Below, one piece after another: positions 8,019 to 15,487 of a DNA stretch of 15,487 nt (its first letter is position 1; each line of letters opens with the position of its first letter). Both the position numbers and the translations under genes were made by a program. Source of the stretch: Candidatus Micrarchaeota archaeon (GTDB taxonomy: Archaea; Micrarchaeota; Micrarchaeia; Anstonellales; Bilamarchaeaceae); NCBI GenBank assembly GCA_018304385.1, contig JAGVWJ010000022.1, forward strand, positions 1 to 15,487, read 5' to 3'. Under the pieces are notes generated by a model, which was given only the letters and a program-made list of their open reading frames with translations, made no database searches and was not told where the DNA came from.

Positions 8019-8591
8019 TCACTTTCCAAAAAGCTGTTCAACACATTTTTTAAAATCCTTATACATTTGCAGATCTACGATAGAAGAACCAGAAGAAAAA
8101 GACTTTAACATAGAATAGTAATACCACATCTGCTGCTCTTTAGAGGCATTAAAACGCTTCCATAGTTCATCTCCAATTAAATCGTATTCATACAATGAGC
8201 TTCTAATATTTGAAAGCTTATCTCCACAAGAAAGCATTTTCATTTCACGATTTGCATTTCTAATGAACTCTATTGTGTGTAATTTTCTTTGTTTCCAACT
8301 TTTCTTTGCATTTATTTTCTTTTTAGTTAATTTTTCTGGCTCAGTTGCCCCTCTCACTAATAATGCAATTTTTTTGCCAAATTTTCTTTCTATTTCAGAC
8401 AGTTCAACATCTGTATCCTCAACAACGTCGTGCAATAAACCAGCAGCAATAAGTTCTTCTGATGCGTTATTTTTCATTAAAATTATTGCAACTTCCATAG
8501 GATGAACTATGTATGGTATATTGGTACCTTTTCTTTTCTGTTTTTTATGTGCTTTGTATGCAAGCTCAAATGCACTTGTAATTTTACTCAT
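8019..8591 (-). CDS. HD-domain phosphohydrolase, SpoT/Mesh1 (small alarmone hydrolase)-like
   Basis: H..QKRKG..IPYIVHP, AGLLHDVVEDT, DKLSN motifs; AGGTGA RBS. Confidence 0.9.
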   Translation of the reverse strand: MSKITSAFELAYKAHKKQKRKGTNIPYIVHPMEVAIILMKNNASEELIAAGLLHDVVEDTDVELSEIERKFGKKIALLVRGATEPEKLTKKKINAKKSWKQRKLHTIEFIRNANREMKMLSCGDKLSNIRSSLYEYDLIGDELWKRFNASKEQQMWYYYSMLKSFSSGSSIVDLQMYKDFKKCVEQLFGK

Positions 8592-8595
8592 TTTT

Positions 8596-9387
8596 TCACC
8601 TTAATAATTCAGCGATCTTTACTGCTCTAATTGTTTCTTTTACATCATGAACCCTTAAAATATCCACGCCCTTTAGTGCACAGTAAGCAGCAACTGCCAA
8701 ACTTCCTTCTAAACGTTCTTCTGGCGGAAGCGCATGTTCTTCGTTTTGCAAAATCCTTCCAATAAATGATTTTCTACTTGCACCAATTAGTAATCGCTTA
8801 CTAAGTTGCTTAAAAGATTCAATGTTGCGCAAAATATCTAAATTGTGTTGTGTGGTCTTTCCAAAACCAATTCCAGGGTCAAGGATAATATTTTGTGGAT
8901 TAATGCCTGAATCTTCGCATAATTCTATTCTCTGGTTAAAAAAATCTTTTATTTCTTTTACAACATCCTGATAAGTAGGATTTGTCTGCATTGTTTTAGG
9001 CGTTCCTTGCATATGCATTATTACTACTTCCTTATGCTCATCTGCTGCTAGCTCGCGCATTTCCTGTGAATGCATACCAGTTATATCATTGATTATTTCT
9101 GCACCAGCTTCAACTGCTGCTCTCGCAATCTCAGGTTTATATGTATCAATGGAAATTTTTGCATTTGTTTTATCAATAATACTTTCAATAACTGGAATTA
9201 CCCGTTCTATTTCTTCTTCTGCGCTTATTGGCTCGCTTCCTGGTCGTGTGCTTTCTCCACCAATATCAATTATATCTGCGCCTTCTTCTGCTAGCGATAG
9301 CGCTTTTGTTATTGCAGCATCGCCGATTGCACGCGATCCAGCAAAGAAAGAATCTAGCGTAACATTAACTATGGCCATAATTTGCAT
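8596..9387 (-). CDS. folP: Dihydropteroate synthase
   Basis: NVT.DSF, IDIGGESTRPG, SIDT.KPE, MHMQGTP, DPGIGFGKT, GASRKSF, RVHDV. The true start is ATG 9387; the track's 9516 start overlaps the opposite gene. Confidence 0.96.
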   Translation of the reverse strand: MQIMAIVNVTLDSFFAGSRAIGDAAITKALSLAEEGADIIDIGGESTRPGSEPISAEEEIERVIPVIESIIDKTNAKISIDTYKPEIARAAVEAGAEIINDITGMHSQEMRELAADEHKEVVIMHMQGTPKTMQTNPTYQDVVKEIKDFFNQRIELCEDSGINPQNIILDPGIGFGKTTQHNLDILRNIESFKQLSKRLLIGASRKSFIGRILQNEEHALPPEERLEGSLAVAAYCALKGVDILRVHDVKETIRAVKIAELLR

Positions 9388-9438
9388 AAATAGAATATCC
9401 TGACATATATTTATAAGTTTACGACATAATAAGTACAT
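9388..9438. promoter_or_regulatory. Compact divergent promoter between folP and the Lon-type ATPase gene
   Basis: 51-bp gap with a central TATATTTATAAG usable in both directions, about 22-23 nt from each ATG; GACATA repeated 21 bp apart (9402, 9423). Confidence 0.5.
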
Positions 9439-10881
9439 ATGGCAAATAGATTCGAGTTCGAAACCACTCGAGATATTGAAATTCCTAAAGATCCATTTGA
9501 ACGAATTATTGGACAAGAAGATGCTGTAAAGATTGCAAGACTAATTCCCAAGCAAAGAAGACATCTACTATTGGTTGGTCCACCGGGTACAGGAAAAAGC
9601 ATGATTGCACAAGCAATTGCAAGCGTTTTGCCCAAGCCAAAGTATGAGGTTTCTGTATTGCATAATAATGAACTTCCTGAGCGACCATTTATTGAAATAA
9701 AAACAGAAGAAGAGATTTCAAAACAACAGGCAAAAAATATTCGCGTTGGCAAAAACTTTATGCCGCATGAAGTGCCTAGCTTTGTAGCTGAGCGCTTGGG
9801 CTTTAGATGCAAACGTTGCGGAAGTGTAAGCGATTATGGGATTGCAATATGTCCAAATTGCGGCGCATATAAATATCTAAAACAAACGAGTTCTTATTTT
9901 GAAGATAATTTCTATGGGATAGTTGCAATTCATGAAGAAGAAAATTTAAGAGTGACTACTACACGTACAACGCCAGATAATAGACAAGAACGCGTTATTT
10001 ACGAGCGATTAAAGGACGGAACGATAAATGTATTAACACAAACTGACCTTAGAAAACTAGATGAGGTTAACAAAAAATCCCAACGCAAAATAATCATTCC
10101 GCTTACAAGATCAACATTTGTACAAGCAAGCGGCGCGAGCGAAACAGAACTACTAGGTGATATACGACACGATCCATATGGTGGCCATCCACATCTAGGC
10201 ACTCCACCTTTTACGCGTGTTTTGCCAGGTGCAGTACATGAAGCGCATGAAGGCGTACTATTTATTGATGAGCTATCTACTTTGGGGCATATTCAAAAGT
10301 TTATTCTAACTGCAATGCAGGATAAGCATTTTCCAATTGTTGGCAGAAACCCAACTAGCAGCGGGGCAATAGTTCGCGTTGATGCAGTTCCTTGTGATTT
10401 TATTCTTGTTGGCGCAGTAAATATAAACGAGATCAATTCCCTTGTACCAGCATTACGCTCGCGCGTGCGTGGTGATGGATATGAAGTTTTAATGAATGCA
10501 TTCATGCCTGATAATTTTGAAAATAGAAAAAAACTAGCGCAGTTTATTGCCCAAGAGATAACAAAAGATAGCAAGATTCCGCATGCAACACGAAGCGCAG
10601 TTGAAGAGATACTAAATGAAGCCTGCAGAATAGTTAAGGTAATTGATAATGCAAATGGGTTATCGCTGCGCTTGCGCAATCTTGCAGGTATAATAAAATT
10701 AGCGGGGGACACTGCAATTGGAGAAACTAGCGAGCTAATTGATATTTCGCATGTTAAATTGGCAGTTAAAAATTCTAAAAGCATAGAAGAACAATTGCGC
10801 GATAAATATGATACATGGTGGCGCGCAGGCAGTGCTGATTATGGGGTTGGCTCGCCAAAGGCTGGACCTGAGACAGCTTAA
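9439..10881 (+). CDS. Archaeal LonB-type AAA+ ATPase lacking the Lon protease domain, with a CxxC-x10-CxxC Zn-ribbon insert
   Basis: IIGQEDAV, Walker A GPPGTGKS, LLGD..HDP, PGA.HEAHEGVLFIDE (Walker B), PALRSR; the ORF ends right after the helical subdomain. Confidence 0.85.
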   Translation: MANRFEFETTRDIEIPKDPFERIIGQEDAVKIARLIPKQRRHLLLVGPPGTGKSMIAQAIASVLPKPKYEVSVLHNNELPERPFIEIKTEEEISKQQAKNIRVGKNFMPHEVPSFVAERLGFRCKRCGSVSDYGIAICPNCGAYKYLKQTSSYFEDNFYGIVAIHEEENLRVTTTRTTPDNRQERVIYERLKDGTINVLTQTDLRKLDEVNKKSQRKIIIPLTRSTFVQASGASETELLGDIRHDPYGGHPHLGTPPFTRVLPGAVHEAHEGVLFIDELSTLGHIQKFILTAMQDKHFPIVGRNPTSSGAIVRVDAVPCDFILVGAVNINEINSLVPALRSRVRGDGYEVLMNAFMPDNFENRKKLAQFIAQEITKDSKIPHATRSAVEEILNEACRIVKVIDNANGLSLRLRNLAGIIKLAGDTAIGETSELIDISHVKLAVKNSKSIEEQLRDKYDTWWRAGSADYGVGSPKAGPETA

Positions 10882-10898
10882 ATAATATTTTACATCTG

Positions 10899-10906
10899 TT
10901 TATATA
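10899..10906 (+). promoter_or_regulatory. TATA box of the sigma54-activator-like gene
   Basis: TTTATATA about 25 nt upstream of ATG 10931, consistent with a leaderless archaeal transcript. Confidence 0.55.
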
Positions 10907-10930
10907 CTTTTTCCAACACAACAAATACTT

Positions 10931-12136
10931 ATGGCTGCTTTAGCTAGACCCACATTAGAAAGACCAAATGGAAGAAGAAATCACTTTGATATTATTGGCA
11001 AAAGTCCACAAATTGAAGAGTTAAGAAGAACAATTGCACTAGTTGCACAAACAAATGTTTCTGTACTAATTACTGGAGAACGAGGAACTGGAAAAGAATT
11101 GGTTGCGCGCGCAATTCATAGAGAAAGTACTCGACACGTTGCAAAGTTTGTAGCAGTGAATTGTGCAGCGATACCTGCTGAACTTGTAGAAAGCGAATTA
11201 TTTGGACATGTTAAAGGTTCATTTACTGGTGCAATAAAAGATAGGAAGGGAAAATTCCAGCTTGCTCACCAGGGAACGCTATTTTTAGATGAGATTGGCG
11301 ATATGCCTTTAACAACCCAGGCAAAATTATTACGCGCACTTGAACTTGGTGAGTTTGAAACTGTTGGTGGATCTGACCTAGTATCTGTTGATGTGCGTAT
11401 TATTTCAGCTACAAACAAAGACCTACAAAGAGAGATTGCAGAACGAAGATTCAGAGAAGATTTATATGATAGATTAAATGTTGTAGAGATTTCTGTTCTA
11501 CCACTAAGAGAGCGCCTTGAAGATCTAGCATTATTAGTTGAATACTTCTTGAGAAAATTTAATGAGGAAAATGCTAAGGCAGTAGAGATATCTAGAGAAG
11601 CGATGCGCAGGATTGAGGCTGTTGCACCTAACCTTAGTGGTAACATTCGCAGCTTAAAGGCGCTAATAGAGCGAGCAGCAGTTTTTGCTGACACTGGATG
11701 CATTTTGCCAGATAATCGTGCATTTTCATTAAATCATAAAAGAGCGCCAGCTCCAGTTACTATTCCCTTGACAACTGGGGCGGTTACAGAAGAATCGATA
11801 AGAGAAGCGATAAGAAGATATGGGCCATTTAAATTTGTATTGCATGAAGGAAAGCGCACTGGGTTTCCAAGAAGGATAGCAGAAATAATAGCGAATGCAC
11901 ATGAATTAAAAGGGACTTCACAAATAGAGGCATTTATGGCTTCAAGCGGATTAGATTTACACAGATTAATAAAAGATGAAAGACGAACGTTAATGCTTAA
12001 TGCATTATCTAGAAAATTAACGGGAAAAGAACTTGCAAAAGAATTAGGAATAGAGCAAAGTACAATATTATATCATGCTAGAAAATTAGGAATAAGAGTA
12101 ACTGCAGCAGTAACTCACGGAATCGCAGAATTATAA
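10931..12136 (+). CDS. Sigma54-interacting (NtrC/bEBP-type) AAA+ protein without a sensory domain, C-terminal HTH
   Basis: [61 protein letters not shown]; C-terminal [18 protein letters not shown]. Confidence 0.93.
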   Translation: MAALARPTLERPNGRRNHFDIIGKSPQIEELRRTIALVAQTNVSVLITGERGTGKELVARAIHRESTRHVAKFVAVNCAAIPAELVESELFGHVKGSFTGAIKDRKGKFQLAHQGTLFLDEIGDMPLTTQAKLLRALELGEFETVGGSDLVSVDVRIISATNKDLQREIAERRFREDLYDRLNVVEISVLPLRERLEDLALLVEYFLRKFNEENAKAVEISREAMRRIEAVAPNLSGNIRSLKALIERAAVFADTGCILPDNRAFSLNHKRAPAPVTIPLTTGAVTEESIREAIRRYGPFKFVLHEGKRTGFPRRIAEIIANAHELKGTSQIEAFMASSGLDLHRLIKDERRTLMLNALSRKLTGKELAKELGIEQSTILYHARKLGIRVTAAVTHGIAEL

Positions 12137-12193
12137 ACTATTTTTGAGTCTTGGGTTATGAGTTTGATATTATATAAGAATTAGATTAAATCC

Positions 12194-12417
12194 AGAGAGC
12201 TGTGCTCTCTAGCTCTTCAGGAACATCCTGAAGACGGCCGACGGCGCCTAAGAGAACATATTCATAACGACGAATATATAATAATGGGAATCTAGAAGAT
12301 AGATACAGTTGGGAGGATATTGGGAAGAGCGAATAATAAACAAGAAAAAGTCTTGTTATTTAGAGAGGTGGGAGGTAAGTTCGCTCTTCCCGCAATCAGC
12401 AGTATATAATACTGCTG
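12194..12417. ncRNA. Candidate structured non-coding element of unknown class
   Basis: Three perfect triloop inverted repeats (7, 9 and 9 bp) plus a 12-bp long-range stem enclosing a further hairpin; no ORF of 60 aa or more in the track. Confidence 0.4.
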
Positions 12418-12446
12418 CGCCTTGCCTGTATATGACAAGTATGAAC

Positions 12447-12890
12447 CTATGATTTCGGAAGGAAGAAAACCTTCTTTCCTACTTGGCGCTTATCAAGCAA
12501 ACCAAGTTCGAATAATCTATTCAAACGCGCAGACGCAGCGTTTGTTCCTTTGTAATTGAATTTAGCACGAACATCTTCTGCTGTTGCTTTACCCTTTTCT
12601 CTTATATGTGCGAGTATTTCCTCGTCTATTTGCGGTAGTAAAACCTCTTCGTGAATCTCTTTTACTGTACTTTGTGTGCCTGCTATTTTCGCTTCCAGCG
12701 TCTCGATCTTTGCCATTAGGTTCTTTAGTATCCTGTTTGTATTCTCGCGTTCCTCGACTAGCTTATAGACTAGCTCGCCCAGGATAACTGGATCCTTGAA
12801 TTTTTCCAGGTTTTTCTTCAAGTCCTCGCTCAGTTCTTCGCGAATGCGCGAGTTATCGTTAGATTTATATATATTATCATCGTTAGACAT
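12447..12890 (-). CDS. Hypothetical protein: coiled coil plus C-terminal winged HTH (ArsR/MarR-like)
   Basis: Heptad-rich middle (LVEERENTNRILKNLMAKIETLE); C-terminal ILAHIREKGKATAEDV..ASARLNRLFELGLLDKRQVGKKVFF. Probable start ATG 12890 (track gives 12935). Confidence 0.75.
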   Translation of the reverse strand: MSNDDNIYKSNDNSRIREELSEDLKKNLEKFKDPVILGELVYKLVEERENTNRILKNLMAKIETLEAKIAGTQSTVKEIHEEVLLPQIDEEILAHIREKGKATAEDVRAKFNYKGTNAASARLNRLFELGLLDKRQVGKKVFFLPKS

Positions 12891-13038
12891 TGTAACATCC
12901 CTCGTATGTGGGTAGATCACATCCTGATCCTCCAAAAGTCGGATCAGTCTATTCAGAACAATGGGTTCTGAATATCAATCGTATCGTGAATGCGTTGCAG
13001 GAATATCATGCAACAATCATGATATTGTCATGATAGGA

Positions 13039-13046
13039 TTTATAAA
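13039..13046. promoter_or_regulatory. Palindromic TATA box (TTTATAAA) between divergent genes
   Basis: 28 nt upstream of ATG 13074; self-complementary, so it could also drive the minus-strand wHTH gene. Confidence 0.55.
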
Positions 13047-13073
13047 TATATCGTTTTCCTCCTAGGTATATGT

Positions 13074-13619
13074 ATGGATAACTGGAAAGAAGTAGCTAGT
13101 TCTATTATGAATGCGTTCGATAAATACAATCAAAAGAAGCTTAGAAAGATAAACGACGACCTACTGAAACAAGCAGTAGTAAGCTTTACTAAAATGCTTT
13201 ACCAGCTTGCTGTGCTTTCTTATGTGCTATCTAAAATAATATCTAAGCCTAGATTTTTGAAAAAAGAAAATGAAGTAAAGATGCTTGAGATTGAAAAGGC
13301 TATTCAGGCAATGATACAAGCAGAGAATGAAGAAGGCGCATTAAATAAATTCAACGATATATTTGAAGCAATTAAATCATTAGAAAAAGATGATCCAAGA
13401 TTCCTTATTGACCTAGTTTCTAAAGGCAGACTAAAGGTTGCCGCAACAGCGTATGCACAGGGCGTATCACTAGGTGTTGCCAGTGAAATGACTAGTATGG
13501 ATAAACAAGAAATAATGGATTACGCTGGAAAAACAATGATGTTTGATAGAGTAAAGGAAGAGAAAACTATTCAAGATAGGGTAATATTCGCGAGGAAATT
13601 AATAAGAAAAAAAGGTTAG
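13074..13619 (+). CDS. Hypothetical helical protein with a C-terminal UPF0175-like HTH
   Basis: AYAQGVSLGVASEMTSMDKQEIMDY resembles the UPF0175 helix-turn-helix pattern; 3 nt upstream of a PIN gene. Confidence 0.6.
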   Translation: MDNWKEVASSIMNAFDKYNQKKLRKINDDLLKQAVVSFTKMLYQLAVLSYVLSKIISKPRFLKKENEVKMLEIEKAIQAMIQAENEEGALNKFNDIFEAIKSLEKDDPRFLIDLVSKGRLKVAATAYAQGVSLGVASEMTSMDKQEIMDYAGKTMMFDRVKEEKTIQDRVIFARKLIRKKG

Positions 13620-13622
13620 AAA

Positions 13623-14306
13623 ATGGAAAATGTAGACCTAATATGCGATACAAGTTCGCTCGTTTCACTTACAGATTCATGCCTAGACAATATCTTATAC
13701 TTTTTGCATGATCGTTTTAATTTTAGATTTTTAATTCCTCCAAGTGTTGAATCTGAGGCAATTACAAGGCCATTATCAGGTGGATTACGACAATATGCTT
13801 TTTCTGCATTAAAACTTACTCATGCAATGAATAGGAAAACAATAATTAGAGTTGATGCAGATACAAAAGATGAAGCGAATAAGGTGTTATATCTAACAAA
13901 CAACCTCTTTTTCATAAAAGGCAAGCCTCTAAGATTAGTACATCTTGGCGAGGCAGAGATGATCGGACTGGCTAGAACATTAAATCTTAATACGCTGCTT
14001 ATAGACGAGCGTACTACGAGAATGCTTATTGAAGCGCCATTTAAAATTAAAGAGCATTTAGAGATAGAATTTGGAGTTAATATAATGATTAATAAGGAAA
14101 ATTTAATGCAGTTCTCAGAGTTTACAAAAGGAATGGAAATAATCCGTAGTAGCGAGCTGCTTATTCTTGCATATGAAAATGGGTATTTAGATAATTTTGA
14201 CAAGATAAAGACAAGTGTTTTAGAAGCAGCATTAAATAAAGTAAAATTCTCTGGATGCGCAATTAGATTTGACGAAATCCAGGAATTTATAAAACAGATA
14301 AAATAA
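13623..14306 (+). CDS. Extended PIN-domain protein (DUF3368/COG2405-like)
   Basis: LICDTSSLVSL, PPSVESE, VHLGEAE.IGLA, LLIDERTTR: PIN acidic residues in the DUF3368-style pattern. Confidence 0.75.
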   Translation: MENVDLICDTSSLVSLTDSCLDNILYFLHDRFNFRFLIPPSVESEAITRPLSGGLRQYAFSALKLTHAMNRKTIIRVDADTKDEANKVLYLTNNLFFIKGKPLRLVHLGEAEMIGLARTLNLNTLLIDERTTRMLIEAPFKIKEHLEIEFGVNIMINKENLMQFSEFTKGMEIIRSSELLILAYENGYLDNFDKIKTSVLEAALNKVKFSGCAIRFDEIQEFIKQIK

Positions 14307-14431
14307 CGGGCCCGTCGAGATTTGAACTCGAGACCTACGGATTAAAAGTCCGACGCTCTACCACTACAGGAAACTTCCTAAAGTTTCACAAAAACTAGTC
14401 AGTTAAAAGTTTCTAGCTGAGCTACGGGCCC
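14307..14431 (-). tRNA. trnK: tRNA-Lys(UUU) with a non-canonical D-loop intron (about 14364-14414, 51 nt)
   Basis: Acceptor stem GGGCCCG/CGGGCCC, D stem GCTC/GAGC, anticodon loop CTTTTAA, T arm TCGAG-TTCAAAT-CTCGA, discriminator G, no encoded CCA. Removing the insert restores D-loop AGCTTGGTA and a 74-nt tRNA. Confidence 0.95.
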
Positions 14432-14464
14432 TAATAAGTAGTTAACTATTTCTCACTAAAACAA

Positions 14465-14472
14465 TTTAAAAA
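14465..14472. promoter_or_regulatory. TATA-like element between tRNA-Lys and the structured RNA
   Basis: TTTAAAAA lies about 24 nt before 14496 on the plus strand and about 34 nt before the tRNA 5' end on the minus strand. Confidence 0.45.
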
Positions 14473-14495
14473 CCATCGCCAGCACATTATATTAC

Positions 14496-14749
14496 AAGCC
14501 AGGTTGACAGATCGGCTATGTGTCCGCCTGCAGGTCATATCCCCTTTCTTTAGGAAAGAAAGGGGCTGAGACTTTCACCCCCAAAGAAAACTGGGGTGGA
14601 TCAGGTAACATTCGCTTTTATGAGACGTAAAGTCAATGATATTTAGAAAGCGGAATAGGTGGGTTCGACAGAGTCTCGAGTCATTAGTCTAGCGTCTTGT
14701 ACGAAACGCTGGACTGGAAACGGGAGACCGAATTTCCTGCACCTGGCTT
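14496..14749. ncRNA. About 254-nt structured RNA; best guess an atypical RNase P RNA, identity and strand unresolved
   Basis: 9-bp terminal helix AAGCCAGGT/ACCTGGCTT and at least five internal helices. The minus strand has CR-I-like AGGAAATTCGGTCTCC and CR-V-like ACACATAGCCGATC able to form a P4-like pairing. Confidence 0.55.
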
Positions 14750-15487
14750 TTATTTTATTATACCCAACTCTTTCCCAACCTTTTCAATTTTCTCAATTGC
14801 AAAATCTAAATCTTCACGCGAATGATCAGCATTTATCATGGTGCGAATGCGTGCCTTATCTTTTGCAACCATAGGGAATACTATTGGCAATGCAAAAACC
14901 CCTTCTTCAAATAATCGCTCGCTCATAAGACGCGCTTTATCAGATTCATAAGTCATTATTGGAGTAATTGGCGTCTCACTAAAACCAGTGTCAAATCCAA
15001 GCTCTTTAACGCGCTTCTTATAATATTTAGTATTTTTCCATAGCTTGCGAACTAATTTATTGCTTTTTTCCAATAGCTCAAGTGAAGCAATGCTCGCAGC
15101 TACTACTGCTGGTGAATGCGAGCCAGTAAGCAACCATGTTCGTGATTTATTTAGTAAATATTTCTTAGCTGTTTTACTGCATGCAACGTAACCACCCATT
15201 GTTCCGAATCCTTTTGAAAATGTTCCCATGTCAAAATCTACTTTTCCATCAAGCTTGAAATGATTAGTTATTCCACGGCCATGCTCACCTAGAACGCCGT
15301 CACCGTGTGCATCATCTACGTAAGTTACACAATCAAATTGCTGCGCAAGATTAACTATTTTATCCAATGGTGCAATATCTCCGTCCATTGAGAACACGCC
15401 GTCAGTTACAATTAGAATACGCTTTGACTGCTGTGGCCTAGCACGTACTTCTTTTAGTTTCGTTTCTAAATCCTGCATGTCCTTATG
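14750..15487 (-). CDS. kbl: Glycine C-acetyltransferase (Kbl) / 8-amino-7-oxononanoate synthase family PLP enzyme, 5'-truncated
   Basis: LIVTDGVFSMDGD, YVDDAHGDGVLG, GTFSKGFG (PLP Lys), FPMVAKDKARIRTM; the frame continues past the window edge. Confidence 0.88.
   Translation of the reverse strand, partial: HKDMQDLETKLKEVRARPQQSKRILIVTDGVFSMDGDIAPLDKIVNLAQQFDCVTYVDDAHGDGVLGEHGRGITNHFKLDGKVDFDMGTFSKGFGTMGGYVACSKTAKKYLLNKSRTWLLTGSHSPAVVAASIASLELLEKSNKLVRKLWKNTKYYKKRVKELGFDTGFSETPITPIMTYESDKARLMSERLFEEGVFALPIVFPMVAKDKARIRTMINADHSREDLDFAIEKIEKVGKELGIIK

Noticed and set aside
9388-9516. 43-aa N-terminal extension of FolP in the ORF track
   Set aside because: It overlaps the divergent ATPase gene and the shared TATA box; homology begins at ATG 9387.
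8263-11703. Shadow ORFs within the fol, Lon-type and bEBP genes (e.g. 9089-9403, 9411-9812, 10293-10784, 11266-11703)
   Set aside because: Opposite-strand frames of strongly conserved genes.
12219-12260. CTGAAGA as a hammerhead ribozyme core
   Set aside because: No GAAA after a stem II on either strand.
12322-12391. GAGGTAAGTTCGCTC as RNase P CR-I, or the region as SRP RNA
   Set aside because: It pairs as a simple upstream helix without P4 geometry, and no SRP helix-8 CAGG/GGAA/AGCA motif is present.
13623-14306. HARP (protein-only RNase P)
   Set aside because: The GEAE/DER pattern fits DUF3368-like PIN proteins rather than HARP.
14560-14680. TPP or FMN riboswitch, tmRNA, or IscB omega-RNA resemblance (CTGAGA, GGTGAAAGTC, GGTTCGACAG)
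   Set aside because: Only isolated words match; element order and context do not fit, and there is no associated nuclease or transposase.
14659-14874. Plus-strand 71-aa ORF
   Set aside because: It overlaps the structured RNA and is antisense to kbl; no motifs.

Overview
AT-rich archaeal chromosomal window, probably DPANN and plausibly Micrarchaeota. The lineage is inferred from a tRNA with a BHB-type intron, TATA boxes about 25 nt before start codons, GTGA-type ribosome-binding sites and an archaeal LonB-type ATPase. The left part (1-4.7 kb) is accessory: a partial ankyrin-repeat gene, an HExxH protein whose frame stays open upstream of the called start, a Fic gene with tandem operator-like repeats, and a large protein of about five tandem winged-helix-like repeats. 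The middle holds MgtE, a two-fold thioredoxin protein, an atypical QueD/PTPS homologue, a VapBC pair and a bacterial-type folP-HD-folK operon. The right part holds a protease-less Zn-finger Lon-type ATPase, a sigma54-activator-type AAA+ gene under an archaeal promoter, a wHTH gene, a UPF0175-like/PIN pair, tRNA-Lys(UUU) with a D-loop intron and a partial Kbl/BioF gene. The most interesting unexplained signals are two highly structured non-coding segments: 14496-14749 (RNase P-like P4 motifs but non-standard topology) and about 12190-12420.
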